Of a DNA stretch of 64,000 bases, positions 10,092 to 20,675 are shown piece after piece. A model generated the notes under the pieces. That model was not told where the DNA came from, did not search any database, and was given only the letters and a program-made list of their open reading frames with translations. Position 1 is the stretch's first letter; each line of letters begins with the position of its first letter. The position numbers and the translations under genes were made by a program. Source of the stretch: Leptospira sp. (GTDB lineage Bacteria; Spirochaetota; Leptospiria; Leptospirales; Leptospiraceae); NCBI GenBank assembly GCA_034439575.1, contig JAWXAQ010000016.1, positions 224,001 to 288,000 of the forward strand, read 5' to 3'.

Positions 10092-11720
10092 TCAGCCTTT
10101 AGCCCAAATATAACGTTGATTCACTTCTTCTGATTCCAATTTTAATCTTTTGTTATCCCACTTAAGTAATGAAGCAAGCTTAGCATCTATCCTTTTGCGT
10201 TCTTCCAATTTGATTTTTCCAACTGTGCCCGCACCAGAACGTCTGAAGTAAAAATCTGTAGCATGAACAATGGCTTCATTCTGAATTGAATAAATAATTT
10301 CTTCTTCATACAAAACTTCTCCGTTGGGCAGTTCGTATTCTTCTTTAGATTTGTAATTCAAAACTTTGATTGTTTCACTTCCGTAACGAGAGACCAAAGT
10401 TTCTAATTTTTTACCAGATATTTTTGGGAATTTTTTTTCTAATTCTATAACTAATGTCTGTTTAGATTCAAAGTCACCACCTAATAGTGGCATTATATTT
10501 GTATAACATGGCAGTATTTCTTTCCGTAAAAATAATGAGACTTGATTGATTAATTTTTCAGCGACTCCCCTACTCGTAGTATATTTACCACCGAGTGCTG
10601 AAAAAAATCCTTCAAAACCATCTTTTGTATAATGCATAATTTCAGATTTTCGAGATGCCGAATAAGTATCCTTTTTTTCACCGACATCTTCTACTAGAGG
10701 TCGCATACCTCCGTAATAATATTCTACGTCTTCTAATGTCAATTTAGCAAAACCAAAGGAAGAATTTACTTCGGATAATAAATTTAGAATTTCAGATTCA
10801 GTGACTTTGAAATTGTCTGGATGATCATTAAATACAGTATCAGTTGTTCCGATAATTGTTCTATTTCGCCAAGGGATTACAAATAAATGTGAGCCGTCTT
10901 GTTTCTGTAAGATGATGCACTCCTTACTAGAAATATTTCGCACTACCGCATGAATCCCTTTAGAGCGTAGAATTTGTTTTTCTTGTTTTATACCAGCCAT
11001 GGTTTCAATAAAATCTGCCCAAGGCCCTGCACTATTTATGACTACAGGCGCAGATATTGTTTTTGATGTATTTGTAAGGGAATCACTTATTGTGACTGAG
11101 TAGCCACCTGAGTATTGTTTGCTGATTGAACTAACTTCAGTATAGTTTAGTACATGAGCGCCTTTGTTTTTGGCGGAGAATATAAATTCACATGTATGCC
11201 TTTCAGGATTCATATTCATATAATCATAATATTGATAGGATCCACTTAAGTTTTGTCTGTTTGATTGTGGAGTTTTATATATTGTTTCTTCCTTTGAATT
11301 CCAAATGTAACTAGGCAACAATGTATCTTCTGAAATTGCTTTATTGCGATCAAATGAGAGTAAGTTGTATAAAAACATACCAGCCCATAAAATCATTCGC
11401 GCGAATAATGATCGAATCGGTATGATAAAACCCATTGGCCGAACTGCATGTGGAGAGATCTTTGCTAGAATTCTTCTTTCATAAAGCGATTCTCTGACTA
11501 AACCAAATTCTAAATTTTTTAAATACCGTAATCCACCATGAATTAATTTTGAAGTAGCTTGGCTTGTGCCAGAAGCAAAATCTTTTTTTTCAACCAATAG
11601 GCACTTGAATCCTCTTAAAGTGGCATCCCATACGATATTAGCGCCCGTTATGCCCCCGCCTATAATTATTATATCGTATTCTTTTTCTAAATCATTTAAT
11701 CGGCTTTTGTTTTTTGTCAT
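10092..11720 (-). CDS. glpD: FAD-dependent glycerol-3-phosphate dehydrogenase/oxidase
   Basis: IIGGGITG, DFASGTS..TSKLIHGGLRYL, GGKYTTSR. Confidence 0.88.
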   Translation of the reverse strand: MTKNKSRLNDLEKEYDIIIIGGGITGANIVWDATLRGFKCLLVEKKDFASGTSQATSKLIHGGLRYLKNLEFGLVRESLYERRILAKISPHAVRPMGFIIPIRSLFARMILWAGMFLYNLLSFDRNKAISEDTLLPSYIWNSKEETIYKTPQSNRQNLSGSYQYYDYMNMNPERHTCEFIFSAKNKGAHVLNYTEVSSISKQYSGGYSVTISDSLTNTSKTISAPVVINSAGPWADFIETMAGIKQEKQILRSKGIHAVVRNISSKECIILQKQDGSHLFVIPWRNRTIIGTTDTVFNDHPDNFKVTESEILNLLSEVNSSFGFAKLTLEDVEYYYGGMRPLVEDVGEKKDTYSASRKSEIMHYTKDGFEGFFSALGGKYTTSRGVAEKLINQVSLFLRKEILPCYTNIMPLLGGDFESKQTLVIELEKKFPKISGKKLETLVSRYGSETIKVLNYKSKEEYELPNGEVLYEEEIIYSIQNEAIVHATDFYFRRSGAGTVGKIKLEERKRIDAKLASLLKWDNKRLKLESEEVNQRYIWAKG

Positions 11721-11726
11721 TTTAAC

Positions 11727-12650
11727 CTAACATTTAATTGAAATGGCATTTGGGAAAATGGTAAACTTTGCTGGAAGTTGTCCCATATTCTCGCCATCAA
11801 CATCTATAAATACATCTTCATCAGATTCAGCCTCGAGACTACTAATCTGACGACATGCGACTTTTTCTTCCTCTGCTAATTTTCCTTTATACAATTTTGA
11901 AAATTTCATCATAGTCTCAAAAACACCAACGTCTTTAATCGCAAGAAAATCAAACAATCCATCGTTTAACTTAGCTTTGGGGGCAAACCACATCCCACCG
12001 CCCGCATATTCGGCATTCGCACAAACTATTAATCTGCTTTTTGATTCTATGAATTCACCATTACTTAATTTTAATCGCATTAGTTTATTTTTATATGTAA
12101 ATAAACATACTATTGTATATAGAAGAAAAACTGCTTTGCCACCTATCCACCGACCAAGAGCAGATTGATTCACTTTATAAACAACTTCTCCTCCCATTCC
12201 GAAATCAGTAAGATTTAGACAATACCCTTCACCTTTAGATTTATCCGCATGGCTATATACTATTTTAATCAGGTCTATTTTTTTAACTTCGCCAGCTAAC
12301 ACTTGTGTGATAGCTTTTAAGGGATTTCTTGGAATTTTTACAGTTTTGACAAAATCATTTCCCCGACCAGCTGGAATCGGACTAAATACAGCATTTTCAT
12401 TAATAGGCTTTCCATTTTCAAAAAAACCATTGATGATATTTGAAAGTGTTCCATCCCCACCAATTCCAATGATCCAATTATATTTATTTTTTAGAGATTC
12501 CTTTACTATTTCCTTTGCTGACTTATCTTTCGTTGTTTCTTCAAAATCAAATTCAATATTTTTCTTTATCAGTTCCGCTTGGACTACTTTCCAAACCTTT
12601 AAGGATATACCGCCACCTGACACTGGATTTAATACGATTTTGATCTTCAT
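11727..12650 (-). CDS. Diacylglycerol/lipid kinase family (YegS/DAGK)
   Basis: NPVSGGG, GGDGT, PAGRGNDF, YAGGG, VDGE. Confidence 0.9.
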   Translation of the reverse strand: MKIKIVLNPVSGGGISLKVWKVVQAELIKKNIEFDFEETTKDKSAKEIVKESLKNKYNWIIGIGGDGTLSNIINGFFENGKPINENAVFSPIPAGRGNDFVKTVKIPRNPLKAITQVLAGEVKKIDLIKIVYSHADKSKGEGYCLNLTDFGMGGEVVYKVNQSALGRWIGGKAVFLLYTIVCLFTYKNKLMRLKLSNGEFIESKSRLIVCANAEYAGGGMWFAPKAKLNDGLFDFLAIKDVGVFETMMKFSKLYKGKLAEEEKVACRQISSLEAESDEDVFIDVDGENMGQLPAKFTIFPNAISIKC

Positions 12651-12660
12651 TTAACAACCT

Positions 12661-13290
12661 CTAATGATTACCTGGAAATAATCCAAAAAATAATACATGC
12701 TCAATTGTTTCTATATAACTTTTTTCACTTTTGATTTCTTTTTGGAAATGTCCGTCTAGTAATACTTCAACAGCACCTCGTATCATACCCCATGCAACTG
12801 CAACATTTGGATAGGCGCCTTTATTGTTTGTCAAATTTTCAGTCCTAGTTTGACGATATATTTTTTCGAGAACACTTAATCGATTATTTCTTTCTTCGAT
12901 TAATTTTTCACGCATGTCACTTGAGACATTTTCTATATTCATGGAATCACCACATTGTTTCGCAACTAAATACATATTTTTATCGCCTAAACAATGCTCA
13001 ATGTAAATCCTTAAAGCAGCTTTTGCCATGGCAAGCCCAGTACTTTCATTCAAAGCATTTTCTAATCGGATGCGAAGGCGGACATAGTCTTCATACTGTA
13101 TCCTAGCCATCAAATCATCTTTACTTTTAAAATGTAAATAGATCGTGCCCCGTCCGATTTCTAATTGTTTGGCGATGTCATCCATCTTTACGAGAGATGG
13201 ATGCCTTATCTGAAATAAACTAATCGCTGTTTGGAGAATATTTTCCTCACGGATCGTAAATTCTCTTCGTTTTCTTTCAGAAACACCCAT
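12661..13290 (-). CDS. TetR/AcrR family regulator
   Basis: HTH: MDDIAKQLEIGRGTIYLHFKSKDDL. Confidence 0.92.
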   Translation of the reverse strand: MGVSERKRREFTIREENILQTAISLFQIRHPSLVKMDDIAKQLEIGRGTIYLHFKSKDDLMARIQYEDYVRLRIRLENALNESTGLAMAKAALRIYIEHCLGDKNMYLVAKQCGDSMNIENVSSDMREKLIEERNNRLSVLEKIYRQTRTENLTNNKGAYPNVAVAWGMIRGAVEVLLDGHFQKEIKSEKSYIETIEHVLFFGLFPGNH

Positions 13291-13291
13291 A

Positions 13292-14911
13292 CTATTTGAT
13301 ACCTAAAAGTCCGCCAGGATTCATGATCCCCTTTGGATCGAATATTTTTTTCATAGAGGTCAATACTTCCAATCCATTCTTACCAACTTCACTTTCCATC
13401 CAAGGTGTCAGTAACCTTCCAATTCCATGATGGTGAGAAAGTGAACCTCCGTTTTTATGAATTGTATCGATTAGACCTTTATGAAATTTTTCAAACGAAT
13501 TGATTTCGCCATCCATTTCCATTGGTGTAATGAAGATGAAATATAAATTTGCACCATTTTCATAAGCATGAGAAATATGAACCATACAGGCTGTATTTGG
13601 AAAACTTTTAATGTACTTTCTTGTATTATCCCATAAGGAATGCAATTCATGCCATGTAACAGCCGTTTCAATCGTATCAATACGTATTGCTTCATCCATT
13701 AGTGAATCACGAAGATAAGCACTTGAATACCTTTGGTGTAACCATTTTTCAACAGGTGACTTCCCTGTCGAAAAAGCTCCTCTACGTTTGGCAATTTTTT
13801 TGAGTTTAGCGAATACTAACTTAGTATAGTCGGGATCTCCATCAATAATTACATGCATGAGGGATCTTTCACCAGACTTATATCCAATGAAGCTCAAAAA
13901 TTTATCTTCTTTCCCGCCCTTTAAACCACTCATATGAAATGAAATTTCTGTTTCTTCAGGATCTTGTATTCTAAAGAAATGTGGTTTGCCAAATCCACCT
14001 TGCATCACTTCTCTCATAGTTTCCACAGCGGATTCAAAATTTTTAAATATAAAGGAACCTTTTGTCGAATGTGTCGGATTAAATTTTCTGATTTTTAATG
14101 TTGCTTTTGTTATAACGCCAAATGAGCCCTCAGACCCTAGAAAAAATTTAAACATATCCGGGCCAATAGATGCAGCGGGGTATGGTTTTGATTCAAATTT
14201 ACCTGCTGGTGTAACGGCTGTTAACGAAAGCAAAATATCTTCCATTTTACCATAACCAGTAGAAGCTTGGCCTGCCCCTTTGGCGGCAATCCATCCACCT
14301 ACCGTTGAAAATTCGAATGATTGTGGAAAATGTCCGCAAGTATAACCTTTTTCATTCAAAAATGCTTCCAAGGCGGGCCCACTAATTCCTGTTTGCACGG
14401 TAACCGTGCTATCTTGAGAATTAAATTCTATGATTTTATCCATCAAGGACAAATCTACCGAAATTCCTCCCTTAGGTGCTTGTAGGGCTTTTGTAACACT
14501 GGAACCTGCACCATAAGGTACGACGGGAATCTTTAAGGAATTAGAAAGTTCGATGATCTTTTGGACTTCTTCTTCTGACTTAGGGAAAAGAACGGCATCC
14601 ACCATGGCTTCCACTTTTCCAAATCTTGCATTAAAAATTTCTGTATAAAATTTTCCGATCGAATGCCTTGCTCTTACATTTGGATCATCCGAAAAAGTTT
14701 GTGTACCGACTATTTTTTTAAATTTAGCAAGTGTTTGCGGAGATAATTTCCCTTTCTTCGTTAGCTGAAGATTCGGTTGTGCTTTGGGAAATGATTTTCT
14801 GAAATTTGGATCTACGGGAAATGTGGATTCTAAAAAAGATCTAGTATGTGCGGGCAGAGCTTCTTCTACTTCAAGAGAGCCCCATTTGTAAATTTTTCTG
14901 GTATCAGTCAT
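13292..14911 (-). CDS. FAD-linked oxidase, alkyl-DHAP synthase (AgpS)-like
   Basis: GHFPQSFEFSTVGGWIA, GSEGSFGVIT, HISHAY, C-terminal SLSHHHGIG; start may extend to 14962. Confidence 0.85.
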   Translation of the reverse strand: MTDTRKIYKWGSLEVEEALPAHTRSFLESTFPVDPNFRKSFPKAQPNLQLTKKGKLSPQTLAKFKKIVGTQTFSDDPNVRARHSIGKFYTEIFNARFGKVEAMVDAVLFPKSEEEVQKIIELSNSLKIPVVPYGAGSSVTKALQAPKGGISVDLSLMDKIIEFNSQDSTVTVQTGISGPALEAFLNEKGYTCGHFPQSFEFSTVGGWIAAKGAGQASTGYGKMEDILLSLTAVTPAGKFESKPYPAASIGPDMFKFFLGSEGSFGVITKATLKIRKFNPTHSTKGSFIFKNFESAVETMREVMQGGFGKPHFFRIQDPEETEISFHMSGLKGGKEDKFLSFIGYKSGERSLMHVIIDGDPDYTKLVFAKLKKIAKRRGAFSTGKSPVEKWLHQRYSSAYLRDSLMDEAIRIDTIETAVTWHELHSLWDNTRKYIKSFPNTACMVHISHAYENGANLYFIFITPMEMDGEINSFEKFHKGLIDTIHKNGGSLSHHHGIGRLLTPWMESEVGKNGLEVLTSMKKIFDPKGIMNPGGLLGIK

Positions 14912-15014
14912 TATATAAAGTTCCAATTCGGAAGGATTATACATTTTCTGAACATGGTTCAATTTTTGACAAGTATATTACCTGTCCTAATAAAAAAAAT
15001 CCCTAGTTTGGTGA

Positions 15015-15470
15015 TTACTCTCGCATTTCTTTGATATACTCAGTACGAACTGAATTTACAAAACTAACATCAATCACATCAGAGTGTCCAAAATGTAAAG
15101 CTAAGTAATTGGCCAATTGTTCGTCCAGATCAAATCCAGTTAACAGCCATTCCATGAGCTCAAAAGAAATGTCCAAGGCTGGATTTTGTAACTCATTTAA
15201 ATTTCCCTTGGATATATTAATTAATAATTTCCCTACTTCATCATATTCTGATTTGTTTAAAAAATCGCGAACCATGGTCGGATAACGAACCATAAGCGTT
15301 TGTTTATTTGCATTGGGAGTGAAAAAAAACAAATCAAGGCCAAGATTTTTTTTTAATGAATCGGAAAGCTTCGCTTCATCGTGATGCCAAGCTTTCCAAA
15401 CAAACAAAATTTTTTCACCTATAAGAGAATCTACAAAGGGATTAAAAGGATAAGGGTTTTTATCACTCAT
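15015..15470 (-). CDS. Hypothetical protein
   Basis: 151-aa ORF with ATG start, in gene context. Confidence 0.7.
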   Translation of the reverse strand: MSDKNPYPFNPFVDSLIGEKILFVWKAWHHDEAKLSDSLKKNLGLDLFFFTPNANKQTLMVRYPTMVRDFLNKSEYDEVGKLLINISKGNLNELQNPALDISFELMEWLLTGFDLDEQLANYLALHFGHSDVIDVSFVNSVRTEYIKEMRE

Positions 15471-15482
15471 GTTTTTGAAGAG

Positions 15483-15513
15483 AACAAACCCAGGCCAATC
15501 GTTTAACCTGGGC
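15483..15513 (-). terminator. Probable intrinsic terminator after the HU gene
   Basis: Minus-strand stem GCCCAGGTTAA/TTGGCCTGGGT followed by TTGTTCT. Confidence 0.5.
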
Positions 15514-15520
15514 TAAAGGT

Positions 15521-15829
15521 TTACTTTTTTGGTGGGACGATTGCATCTTTCGCAGATTTGGAAAGAGTGAATTTAACAACTACTTTTGCAGGAATAAGAA
15601 TAGCTTCGCCTGTAGCAGGATTTCTTCCCTTTCTTTTCGGACGATTTCTTTTTACGAGTTTACCAAGACCGGGGATAACAAATACCCCATTCTTCTTAGT
15701 TTCTTTGTACGCTAACTCAACGTAAGCGTCAAGAAATGCCGCGACATTTTTTTTTGTCATACCAGTGATCTCAGCTAATTCTGTGAGCATCTCTGATTTT
15801 TTCATAGGGGTAGGGGTTGCAGTTGCCAT
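15521..15829 (-). CDS. HU family DNA-binding protein
   Basis: IPGLGKLVKRNRPKRKGRNPATGE arm motif. Confidence 0.93.
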   Translation of the reverse strand: MATATPTPMKKSEMLTELAEITGMTKKNVAAFLDAYVELAYKETKKNGVFVIPGLGKLVKRNRPKRKGRNPATGEAILIPAKVVVKFTLSKSAKDAIVPPKK

Positions 15830-16002
15830 ACTTTAGTTTTCCTCGGAACCAATTAAAGGTTACACTATACTTGGATGAATACTGATTTTGGTACAAGCTA
15901 AAATTTTTTGGATACCATTTTTCTTTATTTTTCTTAGTAAAATTCGAGTTTTTTGAAAAAAACCTTTATTTTCTTAAGGAAATTCTGATTTTCTGACTAT
16001 CT

Positions 16003-16902
16003 ATGCCCAAACGTTCATACAATCGCGTCATTGTCGTATTAAAAAGAACAAAGTATGAATTGGATTTGGAAACATATGGTACGCTTGAAGCTTATAAACA
16101 AGTGACTCAACACAAACCAGAAGTCTTTTTACGTACTCATGAATCACATACAAGACAAACAAACTCTCGAAACTATTTAAAAGAGAAGGTTTTCCCGAAT
16201 GCTGATTTTGTTTTTAGAGAAGATTTCGAAACCAAAACACGAGAAAATGATTATGATTTAGTAGTTTCTCATGGTGGAGATAATCATTTTACCTTTGTTG
16301 CGCACCGAGTGGGACAAAAACATTTAATCGGATGTAATTCCGATCCAGATTCATCCGTTGGAGCATTACTTGGATTTACTGCTGAAGAATTGGAAATAGC
16401 AGTGAAGAATGGATTTGAAAATACTGAAGTGGAAAAGTGGTGTTTACTCAATACGACGATCTATTATCCCAATGGCGAAATCGTTAAAACTGTTCCTGCC
16501 GTATGTGAACTTTCCATTCGCAATAATAGTCCAGACCTGACTTCAAGGTATTGGATTTCCTATCATGGAAAAAAAGAAGAGCAAAAGTGTTCAGGACTCC
16601 TTGCTTATACGGGAGCTGGTTCCACTGGATGGATCACTTCTTGTTTTCCTAAAAAATTCCCTCCTTTTGCTAAAAATGAACCCTACTTTCATATTTATGC
16701 CAGAGAGATCAGAGCAAAAAGTACAAACAAAGAGTTTTCCTTGGCAGATTTTCGTGCTTTGGATGAAGTGGAAGTAATTTCGGAGATGAACGGTGGAATT
16801 GCAGTGGATTCTCTTACAGAGAGACATTATCCTTTTCCACCCTATTCAAAGGCGACATTCAAATTGTCGGATGAAACTCTCTCCGTCGTGGTTCCAAAAT
16901 AA
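16003..16902 (+). CDS. NAD(+)/NADH kinase-like protein
   Basis: HGGDNHF, GCNSDP..SVGAL, QKCSGLLAYTGAGSTGW. Confidence 0.75.
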   Translation: MPKRSYNRVIVVLKRTKYELDLETYGTLEAYKQVTQHKPEVFLRTHESHTRQTNSRNYLKEKVFPNADFVFREDFETKTRENDYDLVVSHGGDNHFTFVAHRVGQKHLIGCNSDPDSSVGALLGFTAEELEIAVKNGFENTEVEKWCLLNTTIYYPNGEIVKTVPAVCELSIRNNSPDLTSRYWISYHGKKEEQKCSGLLAYTGAGSTGWITSCFPKKFPPFAKNEPYFHIYAREIRAKSTNKEFSLADFRALDEVEVISEMNGGIAVDSLTERHYPFPPYSKATFKLSDETLSVVVPK

Positions 16903-16914
16903 AGAGGACAACCA

Positions 16915-17283
16915 ATGCAAGATCTACCTTATGAAATCGAACAAGAAAAAGTAAACGGAACAGTCATTATACAAATTAAAGGTCGTATGGAATCAGGACC
17001 ATTAGATAAAATCACACAGACGATTTTAGATGAGATGGTAGCACCGGAACGAAAATTTTTGATTTTGGATTTTGCAGAATTAAGATATATATCCAGTCTC
17101 GGTATTAGAATGATTTTGGATGTCAAAATGAGTCTTCAAAAAAAATCTAAAGAGATGGCACTCGTAGGTGTTAGTAGCTCAATTACGCAGGTTTTTCATT
17201 TATTGGGCTTATCTGGAGCGTTCCAATTTTTTGATACAAGGGCAGATGCTACTAAATATTATGAGGAAAGTTCAAAAAAATAA
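16915..17283 (+). CDS. STAS-domain anti-sigma factor antagonist
   Basis: LDFAELRYISSLGIR with conserved phosphorylatable Ser. Confidence 0.9.
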   Translation: MQDLPYEIEQEKVNGTVIIQIKGRMESGPLDKITQTILDEMVAPERKFLILDFAELRYISSLGIRMILDVKMSLQKKSKEMALVGVSSSITQVFHLLGLSGAFQFFDTRADATKYYEESSKK

Positions 17284-17790
17284 ATGTCACCTCGTTTACC
17301 CATCTGGGTATCGAATACCATTCTCGTATGTTTTTTATTTGTATCTATAGTTTATACACTCATAGCATATGAAAGTAAATATTTAAAACAAGCTTACAGC
17401 GAATTACCAAATCCTTATAACTCTAGTTTCGCTACTATTCAAGAAATTACAAAAGTCAAAAATAGTTATCCCATCACCTATCAATGCCATTATGCTTTTT
17501 CCTTACAAAATGGAATCCTAGCGGAATCTGCAGAGACCATTCCGTATTCGATTTATAAAAAGTTAAAGTTAGGCGATCCGATTGAAATTTACAGGAAAGA
17601 GATCACATTGTTCGGCAGGAAAATCGCCTTATCAAAGATAGGCGAAAACAACCAAACCCCTCCTCTTATCGATAATTTGGAACGATACTTTCGAGGGGCT
17701 GTAGCTTTTTTTGCAATAATGGCTGGATTAGCAGCTCTATTTAGGGTTTGGGGATTACAATTTCAAACTTATCAGTCCCAGAAAAAATAA
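17284..17790 (+). CDS. Hypothetical membrane protein
   Basis: N- and C-terminal TM segments; abuts the STAS gene. Confidence 0.7.
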   Translation: MSPRLPIWVSNTILVCFLFVSIVYTLIAYESKYLKQAYSELPNPYNSSFATIQEITKVKNSYPITYQCHYAFSLQNGILAESAETIPYSIYKKLKLGDPIEIYRKEITLFGRKIALSKIGENNQTPPLIDNLERYFRGAVAFFAIMAGLAALFRVWGLQFQTYQSQKK

Positions 17791-18277
17791 GTTGTGACTG
17801 ACGAGCTTCTTGTAAGTAAGATTCCGGATTTGTTTCAAATGTCATAAAGCACATGTACTTATCAAATTTTACGACGTACATAAAATCTTTCACTGCTAAG
17901 TGAGGCATCTGAGCTAAAAATCCTCTAACCCATTTACTTTCGCGATAAACTCTTTCGTATTTAATATTAGCACCATCAATTTTTTTGATAAGGTCCATAT
18001 TCGCTTTAGAATAATCACGACTCATAATCTCTTTTTTGAGAGTTTTAATCAGGTTATATTCTAACTTTGCTTTTTTAAGAGGCAGATTCTCTGCTTGAGT
18101 TTTATAATAATATTCATAAAACTCCTTATCCTGACCTTCTTTTGCATCATGATTTTCCTCAGCGGAAGCAGTTGTCGTCTTATCGGGATTTGTTGCCGTC
18201 TGTCCTATGATGAGAGTACTCGTGCCTCCGATAAGAAGAGACACCAAAAGAATAAGGGTAAATTTGTATCGTTCCAT
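17741..18277 (-). CDS. Hypothetical exported protein
   Basis: Likely start MERYKFTLILLVSLLIGG (signal peptide). Confidence 0.7.
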   Translation of the reverse strand: MERYKFTLILLVSLLIGGTSTLIIGQTATNPDKTTTASAEENHDAKEGQDKEFYEYYYKTQAENLPLKKAKLEYNLIKTLKKEIMSRDYSKANMDLIKKIDGANIKYERVYRESKWVRGFLAQMPHLAVKDFMYVVKFDKYMCFMTFETNPESYLQEARQSQLIFSGTDKFEIVIPKP

Positions 18278-18365
18278 TACTCTTATGTATCGGAATTTTG
18301 GACCACAGACTGGAAATAAAATTTTCGGTTTCCAAAAAGGGAAACAAGGGCTAAACCTGTTTAGA

Positions 18366-19868
18366 ATGCTTTTGCCGACCCTCATCGACTTTCAGGAAGA
18401 GTTTTTGTCCGGTCAACCGGTTACAAAACACTATCTCCATTTTTCGGAAGTCAATTGCCATGATTTGGATATCTGGATAGGTCGCATTTGCCGGACGGTC
18501 TCGCTCGAATTTTTGCACGAAATTCTTTTTACCATCCTAAATGAGCTACTTGTCAACGGTTGCAAGGCAAATGCAAAACGAGTATTCTTCAAATCGAAGT
18601 CTCTAGAAATCACAGACCCAAATGATTACCAAAAAGGGATACCGCTCTTCAAACAAGAATTTGGTCAACATCGTAGTGCCATATTTAAATCCCTTGAGAC
18701 TACCAATTTTAATATTACAGTTAGCGCACAGAATTTTCCAAATTATATAGAATTCAAAACTACTAATAATGCCAAAATTCTGGACGAAGAAAAAATTCGA
18801 ATCAACCGAAGGATCACTGCTTCAGAAAAATATAAAAACATAAATGATGCCTATTTGGAATCCGTAGATTCCGAAGAAAGTTCGGGCCTCGGGATCGTTC
18901 TGATTCATATTCTTTTAAGAAATTCAGGAATCAAAAATCAATTTTTTGAACTTCGTACAAATGATTTCGAAACTACGATTATTGTCCGTATTCCAAAACT
19001 TCTAATTCCAATTGAAGCTCAAAACAAAATTCGGAATCTTTTGGTGAGCGAAGTGGACGGCCTTCCCCCCCTAGCCCCCCAATTACAAAAGTTAATTCTA
19101 GAGACTCGAAAGAAAGATATGGATTGGCATAATCTTGCCTCTGATGTCCAAAAAGAACCCGCGATAACAGCGGAGATTTTAAAAATCGCAAATTCACCAC
19201 TCTTCGGATTTCATCCCAAAGTAGTGATCATGGAAGATGCACTTAAAAGGATAGGACTTCGCAATCTAGAAACAATTTTCCTAGCACTAGGTGCCAGAAA
19301 AATACTGAATACTCGTTATAGTAAACAAATTTCTGTTTGGACTCACTCTTTAAAGACAAGTATTTATGTTAGATTTTTAGGTGAGGAAACGAGTAGTTAC
19401 TTTAAATATACAGAGATTGCGGCAATAGCAGGTCTATTACATGACTTAGGTAGAATGATTTTATTATCATTGGACTTATCTATGGTCGAACAAATACGAA
19501 TTTTAAAGAGTGATGATACTTCTCAAATATCGGAATGGGTCGAAGAGTATACCTTAGGTCTCACCCATTCAGATATTGGCTATCTGCTTGCTAAAAAATG
19601 GAATTTCCCAGAAGAAATATTGGATGTGATCAAATATCATCACAAACCTTGGCAATGCAAAACAGAAAATCTACCTTTTTGTCAGATGGTATATCTGGGT
19701 GATATACTCGCGAGTACAAATCGTGGGAGAGGTAACTTCTATACGATTGAACCAGAGATTCTACATGCATTTGGAATTGATAACGAGAAGATTTATCAAG
19801 AAATCTTAGAAAAATTCAGAACCAAATTTGATTCTAAAAAAGATGAGTATGAAGGAATATTTTCTTAA
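18366..19868 (+). CDS. HDOD-domain protein with N-terminal HATPase-like domain
   Basis: ELLVNGCKAN / SSGLGIVLI; LPPL, ILKIANSP, GLLHDLGR, WNFP...YHH. Confidence 0.85.
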   Translation: MLLPTLIDFQEEFLSGQPVTKHYLHFSEVNCHDLDIWIGRICRTVSLEFLHEILFTILNELLVNGCKANAKRVFFKSKSLEITDPNDYQKGIPLFKQEFGQHRSAIFKSLETTNFNITVSAQNFPNYIEFKTTNNAKILDEEKIRINRRITASEKYKNINDAYLESVDSEESSGLGIVLIHILLRNSGIKNQFFELRTNDFETTIIVRIPKLLIPIEAQNKIRNLLVSEVDGLPPLAPQLQKLILETRKKDMDWHNLASDVQKEPAITAEILKIANSPLFGFHPKVVIMEDALKRIGLRNLETIFLALGARKILNTRYSKQISVWTHSLKTSIYVRFLGEETSSYFKYTEIAAIAGLLHDLGRMILLSLDLSMVEQIRILKSDDTSQISEWVEEYTLGLTHSDIGYLLAKKWNFPEEILDVIKYHHKPWQCKTENLPFCQMVYLGDILASTNRGRGNFYTIEPEILHAFGIDNEKIYQEILEKFRTKFDSKKDEYEGIFS

Positions 19869-20119
19869 TGTATTGGAAAGATTTATTAAATCAACCGGAA
19901 GAATTTTTAAACGACCCCAATCAAATTCATGAATTCAGCCTTAAAGACCATCCAGAATTTCCTTATATTTCACAATTGAATGAGGATGAAGTTCTAGAGG
20001 TATTAGAAGAATTTGTTAAAGGGGAAGGTCACACCGTCACCATTCAAACTCTATTTCAATATGCTCCTATATTTGAAATGATGTTATATAAAAAGAACAT
20101 GCCATCAATCTTCGGTTAG
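19868..20119 (+). CDS. Hypothetical protein
   Basis: 83-aa ORF coupled to the upstream stop (TAATG). Confidence 0.6.
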   Translation: MYWKDLLNQPEEFLNDPNQIHEFSLKDHPEFPYISQLNEDEVLEVLEEFVKGEGHTVTIQTLFQYAPIFEMMLYKKNMPSIFG

Positions 20120-20126
20120 ACGAAAT

Positions 20127-20567
20127 CTAATCTATATCTTCCACATCCGATACTGATGTATGTCCTTCCTTGTCTGGGTTTGTACTGAATTCAATTTTCT
20201 TAGCAACAGCGTTTTCCATACTTGTGATTAGAAGTTCATTTGTTCTTGCTAGTCTATCTGCCATAATGGAAACCATTTTAGCTGCGAATTTTGGATTTTT
20301 AACAAGAAAGTTTTCCAACTGTTGTTTGCTTTCAATGATCGCCAATTCAGAAGATGTTATTGAACGAGCTGTCGCACTTCTAGCCTTGGAACTAAATAAA
20401 GCCATTTCACCAAAAAAATCTCCAGGCTTCATGATCGCAAGACGTGTCTGGCTATTATTTACAGTAAAATAAATCTCCACATTCCCTTGAAGAATAATGT
20501 ACATAGCATTATTCATTTCTCCTTCCTTGAAGATTCTCTGCCCGGCAGGAATGCTGATTTTACTCAT
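20127..20567 (-). CDS. Cyclic nucleotide-binding domain protein
   Basis: IFKEGE, GDFFGEMAL, RSATA. Confidence 0.92.
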   Translation of the reverse strand: MSKISIPAGQRIFKEGEMNNAMYIILQGNVEIYFTVNNSQTRLAIMKPGDFFGEMALFSSKARSATARSITSSELAIIESKQQLENFLVKNPKFAAKMVSIMADRLARTNELLITSMENAVAKKIEFSTNPDKEGHTSVSDVEDID

Positions 20568-20675
20568 TAGATAAAACTCCTATATCTATTTTTGGCATTT
20601 TCTCTCGAATACTGAATTCATTTTCGCTTCCTTCTTACCTATAATCAAATATTATTGAAAAAAAAGGAGCTTCGC

